From Telmatocola sphagniphila (GTDB lineage Bacteria; Planctomycetota; Planctomycetia; Gemmatales; Gemmataceae), in assembly GCF_018398935.1 (NCBI RefSeq), contig NZ_CP074694.1, forward strand, positions 6,000,001 through 6,032,000: 32,000 nt of DNA, read 5' to 3'. The notes under the pieces are model-generated. The model was given only the letters and a program-made list of their open reading frames with translations. It searched no databases and was not told where the DNA came from. The position numbers and the translations under genes were made by a program. Positions 1 through 7,813 of the stretch are shown here, in pieces. Every line of letters starts with the position of its first letter. The first letter of the stretch is position 1.

Positions 1-300
1 TCACTGACGTATCGGGCTAACAACGCAAATCGGGCTAACAAAGCCTATGTGGGTGGAAGTTCTGGAAACGGGAAGTTTCGCCATATTAATGCCCTCACTG
101 ACGTTTCGGGCTAACAAAGCCTATGCGGGGGGAAGTTCTGGAAACGGGAAGTTTCGCCTTATTAATGCCCTCACTGACGTTTCGGGCTAACAACGCAAAT
201 CGGGCTAACAAAGCCTATGTGGGTGGAAGTTCTGGAAACGGGAAGTTTCGCCATATTAATGCCCTCACTGACGTTTCGGGCTAACAACGCAAATCGGGCA
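1..300. repeat. Tandem repeat array with units 1-94, 95-170, 171-264 and a partial unit from 265 to about 300; truncated by the window edge
   Basis: Read directly. Each unit runs from TCACTGACGT to ATTAATGCCC. The 94-bp units carry an internal 18-bp duplication (ATCGGGCTAACAAnGC twice); the 76-bp unit has one copy. Each full unit contains the inverted repeat GAAAC-N5-GTTTC (65-79, 141-155, 235-249). There are no unique spacers. Confidence 0.9.
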
Positions 301-584
301 AATGGAGCCAACGCGCGGTCGGACGGGATCTGACTCACTCGTCCGCTAAGAATTGAGTCCCGGCCAATTATCTCGCGCCCGGCCCGAAAATATTTGAATT
401 TTTCACTTCGTCATCAGGTGCCCCCAATTCGATCCCTTTTCTCGCATTCCTTCCCTCTCACGACTCGCTCATCAACCGCCGTTTTATCAGAGTGACTGAA
501 GAGAATTTTCTCAATTTGATTGAGTTCCGCTGATGGCATCAAAGAAATTATGCCGCAGTAGAAAAGCCGGATATTTTTGGCCTC

Positions 585-599
585 TGGCGCACCAGTTGC
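585..599 (+). promoter_or_regulatory. Candidate sigma-54 (-24/-12) promoter for the polysaccharide operon
   Basis: TGGCGCACCAGTTGC matches the consensus TGGCAC-N5-TTGC at 9 of 10 specified positions, with the invariant GG and GC at correct spacing. It lies about 100 bp upstream of an in-frame GTG (706) of the first operon gene. A sigma-54 activator gene is adjacent to the operon. Confidence 0.45.
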
Positions 600-705
600 G
601 ATTAGTAGCTCATCGAGATCAGGAAAATTCATCGCAATTATAGGGGATCTTAAAGTGGCAGCAGTCTTACTCGATGCGGAACCCATCGCAACAGTTAAAG
701 CCCCC

Positions 706-1350
706 GTGCGACGGCCGATTCCAGAAGCCGGTTTGGCCGTAGGGCGACTCTATACCATCGCAAAGCGAACGACCGACATCGTGGTTGCTCTCGGTGCGAT
801 CATCGCTCTGGCCCCTCTGGGCTTCGTGGTGGCACTGCTTATCAAGCTGACCGACATGGGACCGGTTTTCTTCGTCCAGAAGCGAATCGGCAAAGACGGT
901 AAAGCCTTCTCCTTCATCAAGTTCCGCTCGATGATCGTGAATGCCGATCAGTTGAAAATGACCTTGAGCAAGCATAGCCATCACGGGGACAGTATCACCT
1001 TCAAAATGAAACGCGACCCCCGGATTACCTGGATTGGTTCGATAATTCGCAAAACGAGCATTGACGAACTGCCACAACTGTTCAATGTTTTAACTGGCGA
1101 GATGAGTCTGGTAGGTCCGCGACCCGCCGTGCCTTCAGAGGTGGCCCGCTACGAACCCCGCCATAAGGGTCGTCTGGCCGTGCAGCCGGGTATCACTTGC
1201 ATCTGGCAGGTTCGGGGACGAGGCGACATCCCCTTCGAACAACAGGTCAAGATGGACTTGGAATACATCAACCGTCGGTCCTGGTGGTACGACCTGATAC
1301 TGATGGTGGAAACGGTTCCCGCAGTTTTAACCGGCCGTGGCGCTTACTAA
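706..1350 (+). CDS. Polyprenyl-phosphate sugar-phosphate transferase (bacterial sugar transferase family, small WbaP/EpsL-like form); priming enzyme
   Basis: Single TM helix ([25 protein letters not shown]), then family motifs [62 protein letters not shown] and PGITCIWQV. The stop at 1350 is firm. The start is uncertain: the ORF track uses TTG 577; in-frame GTGs at 655 and 706 lie downstream of the sigma-54 motif. Confidence 0.9.
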   Translation: MRRPIPEAGLAVGRLYTIAKRTTDIVVALGAIIALAPLGFVVALLIKLTDMGPVFFVQKRIGKDGKAFSFIKFRSMIVNADQLKMTLSKHSHHGDSITFKMKRDPRITWIGSIIRKTSIDELPQLFNVLTGEMSLVGPRPAVPSEVARYEPRHKGRLAVQPGITCIWQVRGRGDIPFEQQVKMDLEYINRRSWWYDLILMVETVPAVLTGRGAY

Positions 1351-1381
1351 TACACTCGATCTTCATCAGGAGTTTACGACC

Positions 1382-2251
1382 ATGCAAATGACCATGATCA
1401 CCCCTAGCTACGGTCCCGATTTCGATCGTTGCAAGATGTTAGTCAACAGCGTAAACAAATACGTTCCCGATACTGTCGAACACGTTCTACTGGTGGATCA
1501 GCGAGACGAGGCTCAGTTCCAGAAGCTGGCCAGCTCGCGAACCCGGGTGATGACCGTCGAATCGGTTCTGCCCTGGTGGATCATGCGGCTGCCGATGGCT
1601 CGACGCTGGTGGTTCAGCTTCAAGTCGATGCCGGTCCGCAACTGGATCTTGCAACAAGTGGTGAAACTGGGTGTGGGCGAACACATCGAATCGGCCAACT
1701 ACATGTTCGTCGATTCGGATGTATCCTTCATCCGGCCGATGAACCTGGGCGAATTTACCGACGAGCAGGGTAAGCTGGTGCTCTACCGCAACCCGACCAT
1801 GGGCCGCACGGACATGCATGCCCCCTGGCACATGACCGCCGCGAAGCTGCTCGGTTTCTTCCCTTGCGATTATTTCGGGGCCAACTACATCGGCAATCTG
1901 ATCACCTGGCGCCGCGACAATCTTCTCATGCTGTACAAGCACATTGAGACGATGACTGGCATGGGGTGGATGGAAGCGATCTGCCGACAGTGGCACCTGT
2001 CCGAATATATTCTCTACGGTGTCTTCGTCGAGCACGTCCTCAACGGTCGCGGTCACTTCTTCGAGAAGTCGAACCATTGTGCCGTCAGCTGGGGTCGGGA
2101 AATTCACACCGAAGAAGGAATGGAAGGCTTCCTCTCCTCTGTCGAACCCGAACAGTGCGCGGTGATGGTTTCCTCGAAGCAGTATATTCCGGTCAGCTTC
2201 TACTCCGATAAGCTCAAGCGATTCGAGCAAGTCTCCAGCCAGATTCGGTGA
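1382..2251 (+). CDS. Uncharacterised GT-A-like (nucleotide-diphospho-sugar transferase-like) protein
   Basis: Starts MQMTMITPSYGPDFDRC, as expected for a GT-A first strand. DSD (FVDSDVSF) is a DxD-like motif. AGGAG lies 9 nt upstream of ATG 1382 (the track start, GTG 1337, overlaps the previous gene). The gene sits inside the glycan operon. I could not assign a family without an HMM search. Confidence 0.6.
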   Translation: MQMTMITPSYGPDFDRCKMLVNSVNKYVPDTVEHVLLVDQRDEAQFQKLASSRTRVMTVESVLPWWIMRLPMARRWWFSFKSMPVRNWILQQVVKLGVGEHIESANYMFVDSDVSFIRPMNLGEFTDEQGKLVLYRNPTMGRTDMHAPWHMTAAKLLGFFPCDYFGANYIGNLITWRRDNLLMLYKHIETMTGMGWMEAICRQWHLSEYILYGVFVEHVLNGRGHFFEKSNHCAVSWGREIHTEEGMEGFLSSVEPEQCAVMVSSKQYIPVSFYSDKLKRFEQVSSQIR

Positions 2252-2255
2252 GACT

Positions 2256-3692
2256 GTGTTTCAGATCTTTTCGTTGATGATTGTGATCGGGATCCTCAGC
2301 CTGGCTTCCCGATTCGGCGCCCAGAAAGCCCTTCTCTATGCCTGGCCGCCCGCCATGCTTTTGCTGCCGGTCTGGATGATCATGGAAGTCGGGTCTCTGA
2401 CACTCGACTTAAGAACCGTAGCCGAAGTGACCATCCTCGTTTCCTTTCTTCTATTCCCGGAAGAAGCTCCGCGTCTCAAAGTCAATTTCTGCGATCTGGC
2501 CGTGCTGTTTCTCTTAGGCGTTCAGGTCGTTTCGCAGTTTCATGCCGGTTCCATCGGACCCCTGACGGTTCCGGAAATCGCCCGCAAATGGCTTCTTCCC
2601 TACCTGATGGGCCGGCTCTTTTTCCGCAGTGAAAAAGACCTGACAACCGTGCTGAATATGCTCTGTCCGATGCTGGTCGTGCTCACCGCTCTGACCGTTT
2701 TCGAATGCTTCGTGAAAATCAATCCGATCAATAAAGCCCTGGGGATGAGCTTCGGCTTGCTGGAAGAAGGGGAGGGCTATCGCTGGGGCATGAAAAGAGC
2801 GCACGTCACCTTCAATCACCCGATTTTCTTCGGGATGATGCTGGTGCTGATGCTGCCCTGGTCGCTGGAAGCAGGCCGGAGGGCCAAAACGGGGGAAGGG
2901 CCGCGCTGGTGGCGGCATATGCCCAAACTTTTAGGCCTCTCTCTATTCTGCTGCGTCTCGCGCGGTCCCCAGCTGGCTGGCATGTTCACGGCGGTTGCCT
3001 ATTTCTTCTTCCGGACGCCAAAAGCCCGCATACCGATGATATGTTCGGCCTGTGCCTTAATTTTCCTGCTGCAGGCGAATAAGGACGTCATCGTCGAATT
3101 GCTCGGCAAAGCGGCGGGCGAAACTCAGGATGAGAAAAAGATGATCGACATCGACGGCGAGGAGTACGAGTACAGCGGAACGACGCATCGAATGCTGCTG
3201 TTTAAGGTTTACGACAAATCGATTCAGGCCGCGGGATTCTTCGGATTCGGCACCGAGATGAAAGGTGTGGTGGTAGATGAAGAACTGCAGCAGACGTTCG
3301 GTTCAATTGATTGTCATTACTTAATGTTCCTGCTGCAGCATGGCTGGTTCGGCGTCGGGGCCTTTGTGATTCTCATGTTGGCGGTTGTTATCAAATTGGG
3401 TCGCCGCGCGTTGCAAATTGAGAAACCGGGATCGGCTTTAGCGGCGGGACTCGCCGGAGCTATGGCCGGAGTCGCAATGTTGCTAGTATCTGTGTGGTTT
3501 TCCGTTGATTTTGCGGGTGTTTGGATTTTTTCGGCCGGATTGGCCAGCGGTTTGCAATTCCCTCCTTCAACAGGAATGAAAGTGGTTCGAAGTGTAATCA
3601 CTCCACGGAAAAAGCAAACTAAGATTGAGGCGAAGCCGAGACGGTATCTCACTCCTCCTCGGCCAATCGAAAGAGACACACACCATGCGTAA
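2256..3692 (+). CDS. O-antigen ligase/polymerase family membrane protein (Wzy-like)
   Basis: About 10 or more hydrophobic helices. Wzy_C-type motifs are present: RAHVTFNHPIFFGMMLVLMLPW, SRGPQLAGMF, AGFFGFGTE and HYLMFLLQHGWFGVGAF. GTG start at 2256, with an alternative ATG at 2277. Confidence 0.8.
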   Translation: MFQIFSLMIVIGILSLASRFGAQKALLYAWPPAMLLLPVWMIMEVGSLTLDLRTVAEVTILVSFLLFPEEAPRLKVNFCDLAVLFLLGVQVVSQFHAGSIGPLTVPEIARKWLLPYLMGRLFFRSEKDLTTVLNMLCPMLVVLTALTVFECFVKINPINKALGMSFGLLEEGEGYRWGMKRAHVTFNHPIFFGMMLVLMLPWSLEAGRRAKTGEGPRWWRHMPKLLGLSLFCCVSRGPQLAGMFTAVAYFFFRTPKARIPMICSACALIFLLQANKDVIVELLGKAAGETQDEKKMIDIDGEEYEYSGTTHRMLLFKVYDKSIQAAGFFGFGTEMKGVVVDEELQQTFGSIDCHYLMFLLQHGWFGVGAFVILMLAVVIKLGRRALQIEKPGSALAAGLAGAMAGVAMLLVSVWFSVDFAGVWIFSAGLASGLQFPPSTGMKVVRSVITPRKKQTKIEAKPRRYLTPPRPIERDTHHA

Positions 3693-4680
3693 CATCAACT
3701 CCCCGAAGATTCTGATCATCAGTCCCGTGAAGGACGAAGCGGAATACCTCGAACGGACGATCAAGTCGATGGCCGCGCAGACTCTTCTGCCCGCTCGCTG
3801 GATCATCGTCAATGATGGCAGCAAAGACAGCACGGGAACGATTGCGGAAACCGCCGCTCGCGAACATGGCTGGATTCGCGTGCTGCATCGCGAAAAAGGC
3901 CCCCGCCGCGTGGGGCCCGGTGTCATCGAAGCTTTCTACGCCGGCCTGGAAACGGTGGATCTCAACGATTTCGATTATGTCTGTAAACTGGATGGGGACA
4001 TTGAATTTCAGCCCGGCTACTTCGAAGAAATGATTAGCCGGTTCGAAGCGGACCCCCGACTGGGCACCGCCAGCGGCAAATGCTTCATCCCGGTCAATGG
4101 CGAATTCGTCTACGAGCGAACCGGTGATGAGTTCTCTCACGGGGTGGCCAAGCTGTTCCGCCGCGAGTGCTTCCAGGAAATTGGCGGCTTCGTTCGCGAA
4201 GTGATGTGGGATGGCATCGATTGCCATCGCTGCCGGATGCTCGGTTGGAAAGCCGTCAGCTATCAGGACGAAGATTTGCGAATCATTCACCTGCGTTTGA
4301 TGGGTTCCTCGCAGAAAAGCGTTTTCCACGGCCGGATGCGATGGGGCCGCGGCCAGTACTTCATGGGCACCCATCCTCTGTACCTGCTGGGGATCGCCTG
4401 CTACCGAATGCTCGAACGTCCCTGGATTCTCGGCGGCATGTGCATCCTGTTCGGTTACCTGAAAGCAGCTCTCACCAGCCATCGACAATACGGCGACGCC
4501 GAATTCAAACGCCATCTGCACGCCTGGCAGTTGCGTAAGCTGTTCGCTCCGGTGTTGCGAAGGATTCGCCCGGCGACCGCTGCCATCGCCCTGAAAACGG
4601 TTACTCCGGCGTCAGTCAAAAAACCGGCCGCTTCCACGACTATCAAACAGAACGTTGTCCGCGAACTCGAACTGGTATAA
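3685..4680 (+). CDS. Family 2 glycosyltransferase
   Basis: ILIISPVKDEAEYLERTIKSMAAQTLLPARWIIVNDGSKDST is a classic GT2 N-terminus. KLDGD is the DxD-type motif. There is a C-terminal membrane-associated segment. ATG 3685 overlaps the upstream stop by 8 nt; the track start at 3625 is probably an extension. Confidence 0.9.
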   Translation: MRNINSPKILIISPVKDEAEYLERTIKSMAAQTLLPARWIIVNDGSKDSTGTIAETAAREHGWIRVLHREKGPRRVGPGVIEAFYAGLETVDLNDFDYVCKLDGDIEFQPGYFEEMISRFEADPRLGTASGKCFIPVNGEFVYERTGDEFSHGVAKLFRRECFQEIGGFVREVMWDGIDCHRCRMLGWKAVSYQDEDLRIIHLRLMGSSQKSVFHGRMRWGRGQYFMGTHPLYLLGIACYRMLERPWILGGMCILFGYLKAALTSHRQYGDAEFKRHLHAWQLRKLFAPVLRRIRPATAAIALKTVTPASVKKPAASTTIKQNVVRELELV

Positions 4681-6042
4681 ATGAACGCACTCGTCACCCC
4701 CCCGACTGTTCGCAGTGTACCGTCCCTGAAGATTCGCACTGCGGAAAAGAAACTCTGGAGCGGCATCCGCTGGTCGGCGGCCGCTCAAATTGCTACCATG
4801 TTCGTCCGACTCGGTAGCACCTTGATCCTCACCCGACTCCTCCTGCCCGAAGCATACGGCTTGTTCGGTACGATGATGGTTGTCATGACCACCGTCGAGC
4901 TCCTCTCTGACATCGGAATGCTCCCTGCACTCCTCAGACATCCGCAGGGTGATCAGCCACGATGGCTGCTCGTGGGTTGGTGGATCGGGTTTTTTCGTTC
5001 CGCAGGGATAGCCGCGGTTCTGGTAATGGCGGCCTATCCCATGTCTATGTTCTACGGCCGGCCGGAACTGTTCGGACTGATGGCCGTGGTTTCGCTGCGT
5101 CCTTTCCTCCTGGGCATGCGCAGCCCGGCCATGGTCTTGTTCCGCCGCAAGATGGATTACCGGGCTCTGTTCATCGACGAATTTACACAAACAGTCGTCG
5201 GTGTCGGCGTCAGCGTGCTGCTGGCCTGGAAGATTCAAAGCATCGGAGCCTGGGCTCTGGTGGTGGGAACGATCGCCGGGGCTCTCTCCGGATTAGTGGT
5301 CTCCTACATTCTGGCCCCGTTTCGCGTTCGCTGGCTCTGGGACTGGACCGTCGCCCACGAACTGGGCGGGTTCGGACGAATGGTGTTCCTCAATACTTTG
5401 GTGATGGCCTTCTGGCTGGGGTTGGATCGCTTCGTCGGACCCTGGTTCGTCAGCTTCGAAGCGATGGGTTTTTACATTGTCGCCATGAATCTGGCAGCCG
5501 TGGCCGAAGGGCTCCTCACCCGCGCCACCGATGTCTATTTCTCGTCCATTTTGCAATCTCCGAACGAAGCGGAACGGGCCCTACGGCATCAGAACTATGT
5601 CAATAAGCTCTGCAGGATCGGGATGCCCTTGGGGTGTCTGGCGGCCTTGTCGGCCCCGCTCGCCGTGGCCATTCTTTACAAGCCGAACTTCGCCGAATGC
5701 GGATTGATTCTGGCCGTCTTGCTCGCGCGACTACTGCCGCGGGCTCTGGGCCAGCTCGATTTCCAAATGCTCCTGGTTCGGGGTACGCTGCGGCCCTCCA
5801 TCAGCGCCTATCTCCTCGGCGGTGTGGTGCATGGGGCCATGATCCCGCTGATGATGCACTGGCTGGGAACGGTGGGGTTGGCCATGTCCTGCCTGCTTTC
5901 GACGGTTGTGGTCACCTTCGTGCAGAATCATTATTCGGGCTTGGATGATGGGAAGGGCAGCCGACGCTTGATGCTCTCCGTTCTCTGGGGAGCCTGGGGA
6001 ATTGCCGGAGCAGCCGGGCTGGCAGTGCTGCTGATTCGCTAA
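4681..6042 (+). CDS. Polysaccharide/oligosaccharide flippase (Wzx, MOP superfamily)
   Basis: The N-terminal Polysacc_synt-like segment is WSAAAQIATMFVRLGSTLILTRLLLPEAYGLFG. About 12-14 TM helices. The ATG directly abuts the GT2 stop codon. Confidence 0.85.
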   Translation: MNALVTPPTVRSVPSLKIRTAEKKLWSGIRWSAAAQIATMFVRLGSTLILTRLLLPEAYGLFGTMMVVMTTVELLSDIGMLPALLRHPQGDQPRWLLVGWWIGFFRSAGIAAVLVMAAYPMSMFYGRPELFGLMAVVSLRPFLLGMRSPAMVLFRRKMDYRALFIDEFTQTVVGVGVSVLLAWKIQSIGAWALVVGTIAGALSGLVVSYILAPFRVRWLWDWTVAHELGGFGRMVFLNTLVMAFWLGLDRFVGPWFVSFEAMGFYIVAMNLAAVAEGLLTRATDVYFSSILQSPNEAERALRHQNYVNKLCRIGMPLGCLAALSAPLAVAILYKPNFAECGLILAVLLARLLPRALGQLDFQMLLVRGTLRPSISAYLLGGVVHGAMIPLMMHWLGTVGLAMSCLLSTVVVTFVQNHYSGLDDGKGSRRLMLSVLWGAWGIAGAAGLAVLLIR

Positions 6043-7529
6043 CTGACTCCGACGATTTTGGAATCGCCGGAGAAGATATCGAGATCGATATCGTAGCGTT
6101 TGATCTTCCGATAGATGGTCGCCTGGCTAAGGCCGATCATCGACGCGGCGTCCCGCACATTACCCCGCGTCTGCCGCAAAGCTTCTTCGATCGCCTGCTT
6201 TTCCACTTGATCGACCAGCCGCATTCCGTCCTTGCCCGAGGGCGAGGGGAGAGTGAATTCGAACTGCGACGAAGTGTTCACACAGGGTTCGACCGGCTCG
6301 GCGAATTCCACGTGAGCGTTCGAAGGGGGCCGTTTGACGTCCAGTTTCTCCGAAAGCACTTCCTCCTGCAGCATATCGGGACCGACTTCCCCGGTGGGGC
6401 TGAGAATCGCCATTCGTTCGACGAGGTTTTCCAATTGCCGAACATTGCCCGGCCAATCGTAGGAACTCATGGCGGTCAGCGTTTCCTGTCGGAAATGCAG
6501 ATCGACGCGACCGTAACTGAGCGCGGCACGCTGGAGGAAGCGGGCGGCCAGTTGCGGAATATCTTCTTTGCGTTGCCGCAGCGGTGGAACGCGAATGGGC
6601 ACCACGTTCAGGCGATAGTAAAGGTCTTCGCGGAATTGCCCTTCGCGGACCCGTTCGAGGAGATTTCGATTGGTTGCTGCGATGACCCGAACATCGACCT
6701 GCACCCGTTTGGGACTGCCGACGCGCTGCACAGTGCGTTCTTGAAGGAAGCGCAGAATTTTGGCCTGCAGAACGACATCCATTTCGCCGATTTCATCGAG
6801 AAATAAAGTGCCGTTATCGGCCAGTTCGCAACTCCCCGCCTGCGATTTGTCGGCCCCGGTGAAGGCCCCTTTTTCGTGGCCAAAAAGTAAGCTCTCGGCC
6901 AGGTCGCGCGGCAGAGCGGCCATGTTGATTGGTACGAAGGGGCCGCTGGCTCGACGACTGAGTTCATGGACGCTCTTGGCGACCAGTTCTTTGCCGGTAC
7001 CGCTCTCGCCCAGAATGAGGACCGAGGCATCGGTCTGGGCCACACTGCGAATCAACCCGACGACCTGTTGCATGGCCGGGCTGTCGCCGAGGAGTTTGAT
7101 GCCGGTCGGGGCGGTTTGAACGTACTCTTCCAGTTCCTGGATGCGGCGATTCATCGCCTGCTTTTCGACGGCGTGCTTGATCGAGACTTTCAGTCGATTC
7201 AGATCGGGTGGCTTGGTCAGAAAATCGTAAGCCCCCAGTTTCATGGCCGCGACGGCGGTATCGATCGAGCCGTGCGCGGTCAGCAGGGCCACCATCAGAT
7301 CGGGGGCCAGTTGAAGTAGCTGCGGGAGCAATTCCAGGCCGTCGGTGGTTCCGAAACGCAAATCCAACAGCAGGAGGGTGGGCTTATAGTTCGAGAGTAA
7401 AGCCAAAAGGGTACGTTTGTCGTTGGCAATTACAGTGCTGTACCCCCAGCCTTCAATATGACGTGCCAGTAACACCGTGACATCGGTGTCATCATCGGCG
7501 ATCATGACCAGGGGAGTCGTGGGTTTCAT
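6039..7529 (-). CDS. Sigma-54-dependent response regulator (REC + AAA+ + Fis-type HTH; NtrC/AtoC/PrsR-like)
   Basis: REC domain: VMIADDDTD, LLLLDLRFGTTDG, TAHGS, KLGAYDFLTKP. AAA+ domain: GESGTGKELVAKSVH, GAFTGA loop (HEKGAFTGA), DEIGEM, RVIAATNRNL, FREDLYYRL. HTH: NVRDAASMIGLSQATIYRKIKRY. The start is taken at ATG 7529 (MKPTTPLVMIADDD); the track start at 7700 adds 57 non-domain residues. Confidence 0.93.
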   Translation of the reverse strand: MKPTTPLVMIADDDTDVTVLLARHIEGWGYSTVIANDKRTLLALLSNYKPTLLLLDLRFGTTDGLELLPQLLQLAPDLMVALLTAHGSIDTAVAAMKLGAYDFLTKPPDLNRLKVSIKHAVEKQAMNRRIQELEEYVQTAPTGIKLLGDSPAMQQVVGLIRSVAQTDASVLILGESGTGKELVAKSVHELSRRASGPFVPINMAALPRDLAESLLFGHEKGAFTGADKSQAGSCELADNGTLFLDEIGEMDVVLQAKILRFLQERTVQRVGSPKRVQVDVRVIAATNRNLLERVREGQFREDLYYRLNVVPIRVPPLRQRKEDIPQLAARFLQRAALSYGRVDLHFRQETLTAMSSYDWPGNVRQLENLVERMAILSPTGEVGPDMLQEEVLSEKLDVKRPPSNAHVEFAEPVEPCVNTSSQFEFTLPSPSGKDGMRLVDQVEKQAIEEALRQTRGNVRDAASMIGLSQATIYRKIKRYDIDLDIFSGDSKIVGVS

Positions 7530-7712
7530 TAATTCGCCAGCTGCAATGAATCGATCTGCCGGAACCCAAGGGGGGTACGGTAGCTCGATTCCGAGATTAC
7601 TACACAGCAAGCTTAACTTTTGTTTGAGCCCCGTGCCGAAAAAATGGCATTTTTTCAGATAAGAGCAGAATTGGTAGCGGAAGGAGTGGGATTTTCCCAT
7701 CTAAAAGGAGAC

Positions 7713-7764
7713 TTAACTTCTCCCTAGCAGAGAAAGGAATCTTTCTCTGCTAGGGAGAAGTTAA
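7713..7764 (-). terminator. Perfect 24-bp stem with a 4-nt loop; probable intrinsic terminator of the PEP-CTERM gene
   Basis: TTAACTTCTCCCTAGCAGAGAAAG / GAAT / CTTTCTCTGCTAGGGAGAAGTTAA, verified base by base. It lies 50 bp downstream of the stop at 7814. On the minus strand it is followed by GTCTCCTTTTA. Confidence 0.6.
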
Positions 7765-7813
7765 CAACATGCCTCGGGGCTGAGGTACAACCCCGGGGAA
7801 TGCGAATTTTCAA

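Noticed and set aside
1-300. Possible CRISPR array
   Set aside because: The units are contiguous and near-identical along their whole length. There are no unique spacers and no cas genes nearby, so this is a plain tandem repeat.
414-686. 90-aa ORF on the minus strand overlapping the 5' end of the sugar transferase ORF
   Set aside because: No recognisable motif, and AT-rich codon usage atypical of the window. It overlaps the sigma-54 motif and competes with the TTG-577 extension. It is not supported well enough to call, though not excluded.
7530-7700. 57-aa N-terminal extension of the sigma-54 response regulator (track start 7700)
   Set aside because: The extension (MGKSHSFRYQFCSYLKKCHFF...) has no domain character. 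The receiver domain begins right after the internal ATG at 7529.
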